Shown: positions 1-10,582 of the stretch, one piece after another
Layout of the letters: the number at the start of each line of letters is the position of its first letter
How positions within the stretch are numbered: position 1 is the first letter of the stretch
Notes under the pieces: generated by a model
Database searches by the model: none
What the model saw: only the letters and a program-made list of their open reading frames with translations
What the model was told of the DNA's origin: nothing
Program-made: the position numbers and the translations under genes
NCBI GenBank assembly: GCA_963754945.1
Contig: CAVWIG010000015.1
Coordinates: 1-64,000 of the forward strand
Reading direction: 5' to 3'
DNA from: Methanotrichaceae archaeon
GTDB taxonomy: Archaea; Halobacteriota; Methanosarcinia; Methanotrichales; Methanotrichaceae
DNA: 64,000 nt

Positions 1-330
1 GTAAGAAAGATGAGTATTTGATTTTTGGATCAGCTGGAGACTACGGATCGTCCAACTTAGATGCAAAGGAAAAACACAAAGTCTTTTGGGATAACGTGAA
101 AGAAAAAATGTACCTGGCAGATAATGCCCTGGCTTCCGAATTGCGTAATTATTTTTTAGCTATGGAGACGTTTAAGAATAGCGGATATATAAGTGCATAT
201 GCAGAGATCAGAGGATGCCAAGAATGCATTCAAGGCTGAAAAGGATAAACTTATCAGACAGATTGAAATAAGCTATGAGATTCTTCTGCAGAATTTGCAT
301 AGGACAGAAACTGAACTGAAGATCAGATGA
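1..330 (+). CDS. 3' part of a hypothetical protein (5'-truncated by window, apparent frameshift near 205)
   Basis: Open frame from the window start to 239; a second frame (EDAKNAFKAEKDKLIRQIEISYE...) runs to TGA 328-330. Confidence 0.35.
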
Positions 331-398
331 TACCTTGAATAAACGAGGGTTGAAGTGTTACTGTCGCAAGCAGCCGGTAACAGATCAAGTTCCTGAAC

Positions 399-1064
399 TC
401 ATCTTTCATCCACCAACTCCCTGGCCCGCCTGATCGCCCTGATGGCATCCTCTTTTTTGAGATCGCTCCTTTCTATATCGATAAACATCTTGAAGCGCTC
501 CAGCAGCTCCTCGGCCACCCGGCCCTTGCAGGCGTCTATTATCTTGACATAGGTTCTGTCTGGAAAGTAGAGTGACATGGCTTCCTGCAACAGGGCCTGA
601 CTGCTCCCTTCATCGAGCACTCCCTCCTTCAGGGCTATTTTCAGGTTGTGCCGAATATTGACAAGCGGTTCGGATAGCGGCTCAAAAGAGTACGGGTCGA
701 AGATCAGGGCAACCTCGTCATCTGATTCAAGCTCTCCGTGCCTGTATGCCTCGTATATCTCGCCCACGCCTTCCATGCCGTAAACATCTAGTTCAGATGC
801 GCGGAGGGCTCCCATGCTTGAAGCACCTATGACATTCACGCTACTGTCCAGGGCGTACAAGACCTCTTTGTGGGCCACTGAACAATCCTGGAAGAAGACC
901 CCGTCTATCAGACAGATAACCTCGGCTCCGTCTCTGGCCGCTCTGAAGAGATCTCCTCGCTTGGCCGGTGGAAGGTACTCGACATCGGCATTCAGAATTT
1001 CGCGGGCCTCCACTTCAGGAAGGCTTGGCCCTAGGAACACGACGATTTTTTGCATTCTTGGCAT
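399..1064 (-). CDS. tfuA: TfuA-like protein (partner of YcaO in thioamidation)
   Basis: [40 protein letters not shown] and DDEVAL motifs; overlaps ycaO. Confidence 0.95.
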   Translation of the reverse strand: MPRMQKIVVFLGPSLPEVEAREILNADVEYLPPAKRGDLFRAARDGAEVICLIDGVFFQDCSVAHKEVLYALDSSVNVIGASSMGALRASELDVYGMEGVGEIYEAYRHGELESDDEVALIFDPYSFEPLSEPLVNIRHNLKIALKEGVLDEGSSQALLQEAMSLYFPDRTYVKIIDACKGRVAEELLERFKMFIDIERSDLKKEDAIRAIRRARELVDER

Positions 1065-2238
1065 TCTTAACTCGCGCTCCAATCCTCTCAGAATCCACCG
1101 CTGAGATCTCCAGTCCTGGAACTATTACTCGAACGACTGGAACCCCTATCTCCTCCCTGGTGAGATCGACGACAATCGCCCGATCGAGTCCGGCTTCCTC
1201 CAGGTGGCCGGTCATGTTTCTGATATCCTCCAGGAAGTCGTCGGTATCATAGGATTTCATCTCTGCAAAGTCCCTGGTCCTGGAGACGTCGAACCAGTGC
1301 TTGTTGAGCCTCTTGGTCCTATCATAGCCGATCTGCTTCCGAAAATCGGCCACAGTTGTATCCTCCCTCGCTCCGTGAATCTGGGTGAGCCTGGACTGTG
1401 CTACCTCAGTCAGGGCTCGCAGAACTGCAACACTGGCACAGGTGTGGGTTCCCATGCCTGTTGTGAGAAGGGTCGGGTCCTTGAGCTTTACGTCGTCTGA
1501 AACGGCTGCACAGGTGGGAATGCCGATATCGCTTGTTATATCCTTCAGATAGACATCCACCTGAGCCTGCGAGAACTTCTCCAGAAGGTCCCCGGCCAGG
1601 CCGTCTCCAACGTTCTGGATTATGGGGCCTGTGTTTCGGGTGGCCTCCACCATCGTCCAGGCATCCCTTTCTATAACCTCAGCCAGGCCATGAAATATCG
1701 CTTCCTCCAGCTCGTTTCCTGAGGCTAGACCGCTGGTGTTTGTCCGAAACAGCAGCTTGTAGCTGTGAGCCAGAGGATGAAAGACAGCGTTGGCCGGGAC
1801 AAGGATCTCCTCGTCGTTCATGATATCGTAGCCGTTGACCCAGGGAATATCGCTGTCAGGGTCCGCCCCCTCTGGTAGGATGAGCTCTCTCGGATCAAGG
1901 GCGCTATGCTCTTTTTTCAATTCCGAGAATCGGGAGATCAAAAGTTCTCTGTCCTTCACCTCTCCAGAGTACCTCTCTATCCCCTCCATCATGGCCGAGA
2001 CCTTGGCCTCAGTCGGCGTTGCACCCTTGCCGTTGTAAACTGATATGGCACCGTTCTCCGCCATCGGCCTTATCGACGAAAATACCGGTATCCCTATCCG
2101 ATCCAGATTGGTGATGTCTGCAACTCTGGTGATGCCCGCTGCAGGCATCTTGGAATCTATTCGGGATAGCGTCTCTTCGGGAGCTAGAGCCCTGTGTGTA
2201 TCGTCCTTATACCTCTTCAAACACGACCTTAGCCTCAT
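1015..2238 (-). CDS. ycaO: YcaO-family McrA-glycine thioamidation protein (methanogenesis marker 1)
   Basis: [59 protein letters not shown] and [11 protein letters not shown] motifs; followed by tfuA. Confidence 0.95.
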   Translation of the reverse strand: MRLRSCLKRYKDDTHRALAPEETLSRIDSKMPAAGITRVADITNLDRIGIPVFSSIRPMAENGAISVYNGKGATPTEAKVSAMMEGIERYSGEVKDRELLISRFSELKKEHSALDPRELILPEGADPDSDIPWVNGYDIMNDEEILVPANAVFHPLAHSYKLLFRTNTSGLASGNELEEAIFHGLAEVIERDAWTMVEATRNTGPIIQNVGDGLAGDLLEKFSQAQVDVYLKDITSDIGIPTCAAVSDDVKLKDPTLLTTGMGTHTCASVAVLRALTEVAQSRLTQIHGAREDTTVADFRKQIGYDRTKRLNKHWFDVSRTRDFAEMKSYDTDDFLEDIRNMTGHLEEAGLDRAIVVDLTREEIGVPVVRVIVPGLEISAVDSERIGARVKNAKNAKNRRVPRAKPS

Positions 2239-2360
2239 TCGCGCCTCACGTTCAGAGCAAAGCCGGGATGCCATATAATTCTATCAGTCTTGACAATGCT
2301 GACAAGGCAGGCAAGGAAATTTGCTGGCCAGGAACATGTCAGGAGTTGACGTGACTCGAC

Positions 2361-2792
2361 TCACAGAAAAGGAAGAGGGTCCTTCTTTCTGTAGGCCATC
2401 GCCTGACAGGTGGCAATCAGGTCTCCCTTATCGTTCTTCACCTCGATACGATAACTGGAAATTCTCCTGGATCTGGAGACCTCTCTGGCCTCGGCTCGAA
2501 GGGTATCGCCCGGAACCGATGGATTGATGTATGAAACATTCACGTTCAGGGCTACGGCCACTGTCCCATGAGAGTTCGCAGCAACCTCGAAAGCACCATC
2601 GATGAGGGAAAATACTGCTCCCCCATGGGTTACTCCGAAGATGTTCTTTGTATCCTCCGATAGCTTCAGCTCAACTAGCGCAAATCCTGGGCCAACCTCA
2701 ACCAGCCTCAATCCCATCATCTTTGCGTACGGCTCTTGTTCGAACCCTCGGCGCATAGCCTCGAGTGTCTCTTCCAGTGAATATTCCTCCAT
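2361..2792 (-). CDS. PaaI/hotdog-fold thioesterase
   Basis: NIFGVTHGGAVFSLID motif. Confidence 0.9.
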   Translation of the reverse strand: MEEYSLEETLEAMRRGFEQEPYAKMMGLRLVEVGPGFALVELKLSEDTKNIFGVTHGGAVFSLIDGAFEVAANSHGTVAVALNVNVSYINPSVPGDTLRAEAREVSRSRRISSYRIEVKNDKGDLIATCQAMAYRKKDPLPFL

Positions 2793-2907
2793 ATTCTGTT
2801 ATTATGCTCTATTATGCTCCGGCGTTTTCTCGGGCCGGAGTTCAACTAGTCCAACTCTCCAGAGGTCTTCGAAATGGTTATATCAACTCTCCGATTATCC
2901 TTGACTA

Positions 2908-3372
2908 ATGGATGTGAGCCCCCGCCAGGATTACCTCTCAGTAGAGATGAGCGGAGCAACAGTTTCCGTCCTCCTCAACCAGGGGACCATAAACCTGTGG
3001 TTCGGCCGAAACGCGGAGAAGTCTCTGGTTTCCAAAATCTTTCTAACAATCTCAAGGGCGGCCGCAGCCGCAGAGCTGGAGAGGGAAGTCATGTGCAGTT
3101 TCGAGGAAATAAGTGGGTTCGAGAACTTTGGATACATTCTGACATCCTACGCCAGGAGGGGTGATAGATACAGGGCGGTCTTTCTGGTCCCCTTCTCTGA
3201 TCCCAGGGCCCTCGAAAGGCTGATCGGATCAATTTGCATTGACCTGGAGCTTGGAGAAGCCAGGATGACCATCTCCTGGAGGGGAGGAAGAACCAGGATG
3301 AACACGCTGCACCAGGAGCTTTCCAAGCTGAACTGCTTTTCCTTCTCCAACATAACTTATAAGGATGGCTAG
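2908..3372 (+). CDS. hypothetical protein
   Basis: 154-aa ATG ORF filling the intergenic gap with host-like codon usage. Confidence 0.65.
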   Translation: MDVSPRQDYLSVEMSGATVSVLLNQGTINLWFGRNAEKSLVSKIFLTISRAAAAAELEREVMCSFEEISGFENFGYILTSYARRGDRYRAVFLVPFSDPRALERLIGSICIDLELGEARMTISWRGGRTRMNTLHQELSKLNCFSFSNITYKDG

Positions 3373-3451
3373 CCAGAAGACGCAATCATAATGCTGCTCC
3401 GTCATAGACCAGCAATAGACAAGCGTTTAGATATTAGCTCGGAGAGAGACC

Positions 3452-4555
3452 ATGAAGTTTGCAAGCCACATAAGCGAGATGGATATATCCGGGATAAGAA
3501 AGTGCTTTGAAGGCGCAGGGCCTAATGCGATCAACCTTGGTTTGGGCCAGCCGGACTTCGATACTCCGGCGCATATCAAAGAGGCAGCGATCAAGGCCAT
3601 TCAGGATGGGTTTACGGGTTACACCCCCAACTGCGGTTTCCCTGATCTGCTCCAGGCCATCAGCCAGAAATTCTTGCGAGATAATCGGCTAAGATACTCG
3701 CCCGAAGAGATTATGGTCACCAGCGGAGCAAGTGAGGCCCTCTTTCTGGCCATTGCTGCCCTGGTCGAAAGAGGAGACGAGGTCCTTGTGGGCGACCCCA
3801 GTTTTCTGTCTTACTCGGCCCTGACCAAACTGGTGGGAGGCAAACCAGTTGGCGTGCCGCTAAACGACCAGCTGAGGCTTACACCCGACGCCGTGAACGA
3901 AGCGGTCACCGAACGTACGAAGGCCATTATAATCAACTCTCCAGGCAACCCAACGGGTGCCGTCCAGACCGAAGGTGAGCTGCGCGGAATCGCGGAGATC
4001 GCCGACGACCGCGATATTGCAGTAATTTCCGACGAGGTCTACGAGCATTTCATCTACGACGGACAGCACATAAGCCCCGCCAGGTTCTCGGACAATGTCA
4101 TCACCGTTAACGCAGTCTCTAAAACCTACGCCATGACGGGTTGGAGACTGGGCTATCTGGCGGCAAAAGGCGGGGCGCATGAGCAGCTTCTCAAAGTTCA
4201 CCAGTACGTCCAGGCCTGTGCCTGTTCCATATCCCAGAAGGCGGCGCTGACGGCCATTGCCGGTCCCCAGGAATGCGTGTCCATGATGAGAGATGAGTTC
4301 CGTCTCAGGAGAGACATGCTGGTGAAGGGTTTCCTGGAGTTGGGAGTGGACTTGGTCAAACCCCAGGGTGCCTTTTACCTGTTTCCAAAGGTGGAAGACG
4401 GTGACGCCATCGTGTCAAAGCTGGCCAAAGCGGGTGTCATCGCAGTTCCAGGATCGGCCTTCGGGCCAGGAGGCAAAGAGCACATCAGGCTCTCCTATGC
4501 ATCATCCAGGAAGAACCTTGAGGAGGCTCTAAAGCGGATGAGAGGTATTCTTTAA
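3452..4555 (+). CDS. PLP-dependent class I/II aminotransferase (AspC-like)
   Basis: LGQPDF, NSPGNPTG, SDEVY and SKTYAMTGWRLGY motifs. Confidence 0.95.
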   Translation: MKFASHISEMDISGIRKCFEGAGPNAINLGLGQPDFDTPAHIKEAAIKAIQDGFTGYTPNCGFPDLLQAISQKFLRDNRLRYSPEEIMVTSGASEALFLAIAALVERGDEVLVGDPSFLSYSALTKLVGGKPVGVPLNDQLRLTPDAVNEAVTERTKAIIINSPGNPTGAVQTEGELRGIAEIADDRDIAVISDEVYEHFIYDGQHISPARFSDNVITVNAVSKTYAMTGWRLGYLAAKGGAHEQLLKVHQYVQACACSISQKAALTAIAGPQECVSMMRDEFRLRRDMLVKGFLELGVDLVKPQGAFYLFPKVEDGDAIVSKLAKAGVIAVPGSAFGPGGKEHIRLSYASSRKNLEEALKRMRGIL

Positions 4556-4594
4556 ATAGGAGAGTTGCATTCGTCGCTAGGAGTGATGAAATAA

Positions 4595-4978
4595 ATGAAA
4601 GAGCAGGTTGAGGTCAGGGAGCTGAAAGAAGGAAGATACGTTATAATAGACGATGAGCCCTGCATAATCAAGGCAATATCCCACTCCAAGCCAGGCAAGC
4701 ACGGTTCGGCCAAAGCTAGGGTTGATGCCATCGGTATCTTCGACGGCCAGAAGAGATCAGTAGTCAACCCTGTTACCACAAAAACATACGTCCCGACAGT
4801 GGAGCGCAGGACCGGTCAGGTCCTCTCGGTAAGCGAGAAATCCGTCCAGCTTATGGATATGGGAACTTACGAGACCCTTGATGTCCCAATCACACAGGAA
4901 GACAAGCCGAAGCTTGAGCAGGGAAAAGAGGTTGCATACCTCAATGTCATGGGCAGAACTAAGCTGGATATTCGTTGA
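4595..4978 (+). CDS. eif5A: translation initiation/elongation factor aIF-5A
   Basis: Hypusine motif SKPGKHGSAK. Confidence 0.97.
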   Translation: MKEQVEVRELKEGRYVIIDDEPCIIKAISHSKPGKHGSAKARVDAIGIFDGQKRSVVNPVTTKTYVPTVERRTGQVLSVSEKSVQLMDMGTYETLDVPITQEDKPKLEQGKEVAYLNVMGRTKLDIR

Positions 4979-5225
4979 GTCTCTCCATTCAGCCGAGCAT
5001 TGGCTCGTAGAATCGGGCTTACTAGATGCGACTAAGCCGGCAACCGAGTTGCCCTGACCTGGCTATCTCTTTTCTTATGAACTGTGTTGTCCAGGGCCGA
5101 TTTAAATCTTCAACGTGAGACTAAATCCTGTGGTTAAATGAAGTACCCAAATCTTTGCAACTAGCTCGTTATTGTCACGTACGAACTGGCCCTTCTATAC
5201 GACCATGATTATCTAAAGGTCTTTA

Positions 5226-6218
5226 CTATTTGCCGTCTTTCCTGCACGAGGATTTTACCGCCGAGGCACAATTGGTTAGGAGCGAGCTTGCCATTGACTG
5301 GCTCGGCCAGGACCCGAGGCCGCAATCAGGACCTACAGCCCTCAGCCTATCGCCAAAGGATTTGCGTGCCATCTCCAGCCTCTTCTTAATAACTTCAACC
5401 GACTCAATGGCCAAGATCTCTCTCTCCAGCCTGGCAGGATCATCCCAAAGATTGGTGCGCAGCCGATCGTTCAGGCTAGCTGCCATGGAAAGAATGTCTG
5501 TCCTGGCAATGCCCGCCCGAAGGTAGGTGTCCGTCTCCTCCAGGAGCTTCCTGTCTATCAGCTTCAGGTAATCTGGATGAGCCGCAGACTCGACGCCTAT
5601 TATGCTCAGTCCTGGAACCCGGGCGCAGGGCTCAGCGTACAAGGGGGAGTGAAGGTGGACCTCGCAGTCGATCCCTTTGCATGGATCGCTTGCTATCTCC
5701 AATGCCTTGAGGATCTCCTCCTCCTCGAAGACCACTGTGGAGCTGAGGCCCAAGGACGGCTCGTCTAAGGAGGCGACTGCCACATTTACCGATTCCCTGG
5801 CTCGCTCAAGAAATCTGGCTACGCTTCTTGCTAGGTTATAGAGTATGTCAGTGTATTTCGTGGCCCCAAAAGCTGAGAGGTAAAGCTCTACCGGGCCAGT
5901 AACACAAACGCGAACCCTACAGCCTAGCGGGATTGCCTGAAGCTCAACTATTTCCGCATTTTCTTTTTTTATTAGGTAAGGGCTCTCCTGGTTTTCAGGT
6001 TTCTCAATTGGGTCCAAGAACATCCGGATCATATCCCTGAACTGTGGATAGGTCGGCACTTCCACTCCCGCAGCTATTTTCTGGGCCAGTGTGTCTTTCA
6101 CCATTTCCAGGTACTGCTCCCTCGAAAGGCCATCAAGCCGGACTCCTTTGGGCAGGGGATAGCTGCCTATGTCGTCGAAGAAAATGCCTTCGCAATCAGA
6201 CAACATGTCGAACTTCAC
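5226..6218 (-). CDS. short archaeal methionine synthase (MetE C-terminal-like, methylcobalamin:homocysteine methyltransferase type)
   Basis: DDIGSYP, VCVTGP, LDEPSLG, HLH, GVES and GPDCGL motifs; coupled to thrC. Confidence 0.85.
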   Translation of the reverse strand: MKFDMLSDCEGIFFDDIGSYPLPKGVRLDGLSREQYLEMVKDTLAQKIAAGVEVPTYPQFRDMIRMFLDPIEKPENQESPYLIKKENAEIVELQAIPLGCRVRVCVTGPVELYLSAFGATKYTDILYNLARSVARFLERARESVNVAVASLDEPSLGLSSTVVFEEEEILKALEIASDPCKGIDCEVHLHSPLYAEPCARVPGLSIIGVESAAHPDYLKLIDRKLLEETDTYLRAGIARTDILSMAASLNDRLRTNLWDDPARLEREILAIESVEVIKKRLEMARKSFGDRLRAVGPDCGLGSWPSQSMASSLLTNCASAVKSSCRKDGK

Positions 6219-7579
6219 TGCTCCTGGGTTTTGGCAAAACGCCGAAGGTAATCTTTAAGGGATTCGTAGTTCATGTTGATTTTATCGAAATGCTCCTCTA
6301 GTTGATCAAGCCGGGCCATGGCCTTGGGCAGCAGCGGGTTTACTCCGGTTAGCCTGACTATCTCCTCAGGGAACTTGGCAGGGTCAGCGGTCTCTAGAGA
6401 AACGCAGGGGTTCCAATCTTCAACTTCTTTCAGGTATCTGGAGAGGCCGGCCCAGCCTACGGCGCCGTGGGGCTCCAGAAGAACCTTGTACTGGCTGTAG
6501 GCCTCCTTTATCGTCCTCCTGGTTTCCTCGTCGGAGATGGAGACGGCGAACAGGTCTTCCCTCAATGCCTGCATGTCGGGCTGTTTGTTTACGTGGCCGG
6601 TCTCGTCCATCTGGCCGCCGTAGAGACAAAAGAGCCGGGCTAAATTGCTTGGGTGGCCCACGTTCATGGCGTTGGAGATGCAGTTCTCGCTTGGCCGGAT
6701 GGGCTTGTAAATGCCTGTTTTCACGAAGTTGGGGAACTCGTCGTTCTCGTTCGTAGCCGCAATGAACTTATGGACAGGCAATCCCATCTTCATGGCTATC
6801 AGTCCGCCCATGAGGTCGCCAAAGTTACCGCTGGGCACGGAGAAGACAATTGCACTGCCATCCGTGGCCGTCCGGGAGTAAGCATAGAAGTAGTAGACCG
6901 CTTGTGGGAGGAGCCTTCCTATGTTTATGGAGTTGGCTGATGAGAGATTTAGGCCCTTCAGGTCGGAATCCGCGAATGCCTGCTTGACCAGAGCCTGGCA
7001 GTCATCGAACTTGCCATCTACTGCGAGGGGAAATACGTTCTTTCCCAAGGTAGTCATCTGCTTGCGCTGCCTAGGTGTGACCTCCTTTTCAGGGAAGAGA
7101 ACAACGACTTTTACGTTCTCCAGTCCAAAGAAGGCGTGAGCTACAGCCGAGCCTGTATCACCGGAGGTTGCTGTAAGAATGAGAAGACTCTTTCCGTCCT
7201 TCTTCAGGAAGTACTGCATCAGCCTTCCCATGAGCCGAGCAGCGAAGTCCTTAAAGGAGCAGGTAGGTCCCCTGTCAAGGCGCAGGATGTACTTGCCTTC
7301 GTAGACCTTCTCAACAGGAACGTCGAAGTTGTAGGAGTCTTGGAGCATGGTCCGGAAGGCTTCGTCTGCAACTAGGTCGCCCAGATAAGGTTTGACTACC
7401 TGATAGGCAATCTCCGGATAGCTCATCTTGGAGAACTGCGAGATCTTGCTCAAGGGAATAACCGGGATGTCTTCGGGCATGTATAGGCCCTTGTCCGGTG
7501 CCTGGCCCACTAGCAATGCCTGCCGGAAGTCCACCCGATCTGAATGGCCGTTGGTACTGAAGAATTTGATGTCGGACAT
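6215..7579 (-). CDS. thrC: threonine synthase
   Basis: GPTCSFKDF, ATSGDTGSA, SSANSINIGRL, VPSGNFG and TADPAKF motifs. Confidence 0.96.
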   Translation of the reverse strand: MSDIKFFSTNGHSDRVDFRQALLVGQAPDKGLYMPEDIPVIPLSKISQFSKMSYPEIAYQVVKPYLGDLVADEAFRTMLQDSYNFDVPVEKVYEGKYILRLDRGPTCSFKDFAARLMGRLMQYFLKKDGKSLLILTATSGDTGSAVAHAFFGLENVKVVVLFPEKEVTPRQRKQMTTLGKNVFPLAVDGKFDDCQALVKQAFADSDLKGLNLSSANSINIGRLLPQAVYYFYAYSRTATDGSAIVFSVPSGNFGDLMGGLIAMKMGLPVHKFIAATNENDEFPNFVKTGIYKPIRPSENCISNAMNVGHPSNLARLFCLYGGQMDETGHVNKQPDMQALREDLFAVSISDEETRRTIKEAYSQYKVLLEPHGAVGWAGLSRYLKEVEDWNPCVSLETADPAKFPEEIVRLTGVNPLLPKAMARLDQLEEHFDKINMNYESLKDYLRRFAKTQEQ

Positions 7580-8547
7580 GGTCGAAAACGGTAAGGCGCA
7601 TATATTCTATAAAGCTTTGGCAAGGCTGAAAAGGAATTGCAAAGTAATCGCAGAGACGAAGCGGATCATAAATTCAGAAACCATCTGAATAAGAACTCTG
7701 ATGAGTTGGCTCTTTCCGACAATGTTGTATCGTTCTATTGGATGTGTTGAAATAAGAACTCAGACCAAAGCTGAAGAAATGCAGGTATAGAGGTTATAGT
7801 CTTTAACGCAACTTTTTTAACCTAACAAGAACATACAAAACCTCATGGGAAGAAAGCAAGAGAAAGAGATCATAAAACATATTACACTAGACGAGTTAAA
7901 TAAAATAATTAAGAAAGAAGAAAAGTCCGTTCGCGTTCTTGAAAGACTATATTTTATAAGGTTTCTTTATAAAGGAGATAAGATTAAAGAAGCCTGCGAA
8001 AAAATAGACATAACAGAGCCGACTGGTTATAGCTGGCTTGATTCATGGAACAAAGGTGGATATGCTGGCCTTGTGCCAAATTTTTCGGGCGGTCCAAAGC
8101 CTAAACTGGGGGATTCAGAACGGGAAGAATTAAAGCGATTGCTGGGCGAAAAAGATGCTTGGACATTGAAAGAAGTGCGCTTATTGATAAAAGAAAAATT
8201 CAATGTAGAATATTCCGAAATGCAAGTTTGGAGAATGCTGACGTCGTGGAATATGCATCATGCCAAGCCCTATGTTCTAGATAAGAGACGCCCAGATGAT
8301 GCCGAAACTATTTTAAAAAAAACTTGATTCTTAAAGAGGGGGATATCTTAGGATTTGTCGATGAGTCATCACAGAATGTCAACTCAAATACCGAACGGCT
8401 CTGGTCGTTTAAGGAACTTAAGATGAAAAAGATAACCGCGCATCTCAGCGCTAATTGCGTAGGTTGTTTTATGCTTAATGGCATTGATACGATTGAGTTT
8501 CCAATTCATACCAAAAAAGAAGATTTTTGCCAATTTCTATACGAAGT

Positions 8548-9536
8548 TGCTGTGTCGATTAAGCTTAAATAGTTTAAATATAAATATTGTGTTATGAACT
8601 ATGTTGATAATAGAGACTGGCCAGAATATAATGCCCAACTTGTTCGAAGAGGCGAATTCTATCTCGATTTGAGTTGTGTGAAGAACTGGAGTTGGGAATT
8701 AAGAGAAATGAATAGAAAGAAAACAGGCGCTCCATACAAATACCCTAACACTTTTATAACTTTTGCATCAATAATATACTCTTTTTTCCGAATGCCATAT
8801 CGTCAACTTGAAGGATTCTTTGGACGACTTTCGACCTATGAACCAGGATTGGTGGCGGCAGATTATACCACCCTCCATAAGCGAATCTCTAAGCAAGATC
8901 TTGGAATAGAGATACCAGAGAACGACGCTGTTGTTGCAGTTGATTCAACTGGGATAAAGGTAACAAATAGAGGGGATTGGATGCGCGAGAAACACGGAAA
9001 GCAGCGGCGAGGATGGCTTAAAGTTCATGTGGCAGTCGACGTTGAATCAAAGAGATTATTGTCTATGGAAGTTACAGAAGAAGACACCTCGGATAGCGAG
9101 GTTTTGCGCCCTTTGTTGAAAGACGTCAATATTGAGGAGGGGTTGATGGATGGCGCATATGACACAAACGACGCATTTGAATTTATGAAATCGAAAGGTG
9201 TAGATTGTCCAGGGATTAAGATCAGAGAGAACGCGATAGTAGGTAAAGATGCATCAGCCAGGTCAACAGCTGTTCTGGAATTCAAAAAAATGGGCTACAA
9301 GGGTTGGAAGCAAATGCATCAGTACGGTAGAAGGTGGGCAGTTGAAGGCTTCTTCTCATCGATCAAGCGTATCTTTGGTGAGACGGTTCGGGCATCTTCA
9401 CCAGAAGGAATGGTCGCCGAGATTAAAAGAGCATTCATTTTGTATAATATACTTAGGAGCATATAAGTAATTAGTTAAAATAAATTATGAATTCTTGAAT
9501 AACGAAATAATACTATAATAATCATGCGACACAGCA
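8548..9536 (+). mobile_element. IS5-family (ISH1-like) element nested in the IS630
   Basis: IR TGCTGTGTCG/CGACACAGCA; 8-bp TSD TACGAAGT at 8540-8547 and 9537-9544. Confidence 0.93.
8594..9466 (+). CDS. IS5-family transposase
   Basis: YNAQLVRRG, AVDSTGIK, WLKVHVAVD, DGAYDT and RWAVEGFFSSIKRIFG motifs. Confidence 0.93.
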   Translation: MNYVDNRDWPEYNAQLVRRGEFYLDLSCVKNWSWELREMNRKKTGAPYKYPNTFITFASIIYSFFRMPYRQLEGFFGRLSTYEPGLVAADYTTLHKRISKQDLGIEIPENDAVVAVDSTGIKVTNRGDWMREKHGKQRRGWLKVHVAVDVESKRLLSMEVTEEDTSDSEVLRPLLKDVNIEEGLMDGAYDTNDAFEFMKSKGVDCPGIKIRENAIVGKDASARSTAVLEFKKMGYKGWKQMHQYGRRWAVEGFFSSIKRIFGETVRASSPEGMVAEIKRAFILYNILRSI

Positions 9537-10060
9537 TACGAAGTCAGAAGAAACAACCCTGTAAATAGAATTTGTTTGATTCTCGATAATTCGCAACACA
9601 TAAAGCAAAAATTGTAAAAGAAAAAGCAAGAGCGTTGGATATCGAATTGATCTATCTGCCACCCTATTCTCCTGACCTAAATCCGATAGAATATCTATGG
9701 AAAAGCATAAAGAGGATTATATCTGCATCTGAAATTGAAAATAAGTTGGAACTCATAGAAATTGTGAGAGACAGCTTTCTTGGCCTGACGAAGAGTCTTT
9801 CCTCTGCAAGAACGTGGATTCCCAGATTCTTACATGATAAGTTAAATCTGTTATGTTAGGGACTATAAATAGAACTATAGTGTTTAACCTAATGGCTTTA
9901 TAAGTAGAAAGTTGTTCGATTAAGCTACGCATTGCGATCATAAGTTTCATATTTTGGGTTAAACACTATAATCCGCCTGTAAGGTAATCCCTTCATCGCA
10001 GTATTTATAGCCTAATGGGCGGATGACGGGTCTGAAACCATAAGGTTCGAAAGGCAGATA

Positions 10061-10582
10061 ATGACTATTTCGACGAATTTCGAAGATATAAAAACCATCG
10101 AAGACTTAGAACGAGTTTCAAAAGGAGCTGTCTGGCAGAACTTTGAAATATTAGTAGGCTTCATCTTCGAAACGAATGATTTCCAAGTTATTATAAATAA
10201 AGTGAAAACGTTTAATAAAAAACGCAGACAATACGACGTTATCGCTAAAAAAAATGATATAACCTATTTGATAGAATGCAAGAAATGGTCTGGCAACAGG
10301 TATAGACTATCCGCATTAAAGAAAGCAATTAAAAGGCATAAAGAGAGAATAGAATTTTACAGTAATCTAACAAAAAAGAAATTAATTCCTGTTATAGTCA
10401 CATTTATTGAAGAAGATATAAAATTCTATGAAAACATGCCCATCATTCCAATATTTAGACTCAACTCGTTCATAAATGAAGTTGAAAGAGACGCAATTAT
10501 GATTAGCGATGATACAGCGCTAAAACTTAGCCAAGATAATGATCTTAGGACTTACGCAGTTGAATCTTTCGACAATGAATAA
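10061..10582 (+). CDS. Mrr/restriction-endonuclease-like PD-(D/E)xK protein; last codons replaced by IS701
   Basis: WQNFE...QYDVIA...LIECKKW motif; native end DLRH* restored at 11635-11650 after removing the IS. Confidence 0.75.
   Translation: MTISTNFEDIKTIEDLERVSKGAVWQNFEILVGFIFETNDFQVIINKVKTFNKKRRQYDVIAKKNDITYLIECKKWSGNRYRLSALKKAIKRHKERIEFYSNLTKKKLIPVIVTFIEEDIKFYENMPIIPIFRLNSFINEVERDAIMISDDTALKLSQDNDLRTYAVESFDNE

Larger units (their letters stand above)
7845..9859 (+). pseudogene. IS630 transposase, split by IS5 and carrying an extra frameshift near 9590
   Basis: ORFs 7845-8327, 8324-8572 and 9635-9859 join after removing 8548-9544. Confidence 0.85.
7797..9865 (+). mobile_element. IS630-family element, interrupted by a nested IS5
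   Basis: Ends TAGTCTTTAAC / GTTAGGGACTA flanked by TA (7795-96, 9866-67); HTH ORF 7845-8327, A8 slippery run, DDE pieces 8324-8547 and 9545-9859 (LPPYSPDLNPIE). Confidence 0.9.

Noticed and set aside
399-2238. YcaO-TfuA as a novel RiPP cluster
   Set aside because: No precursor peptide nearby; in methanogens this pair is the known MCR thioglycine system
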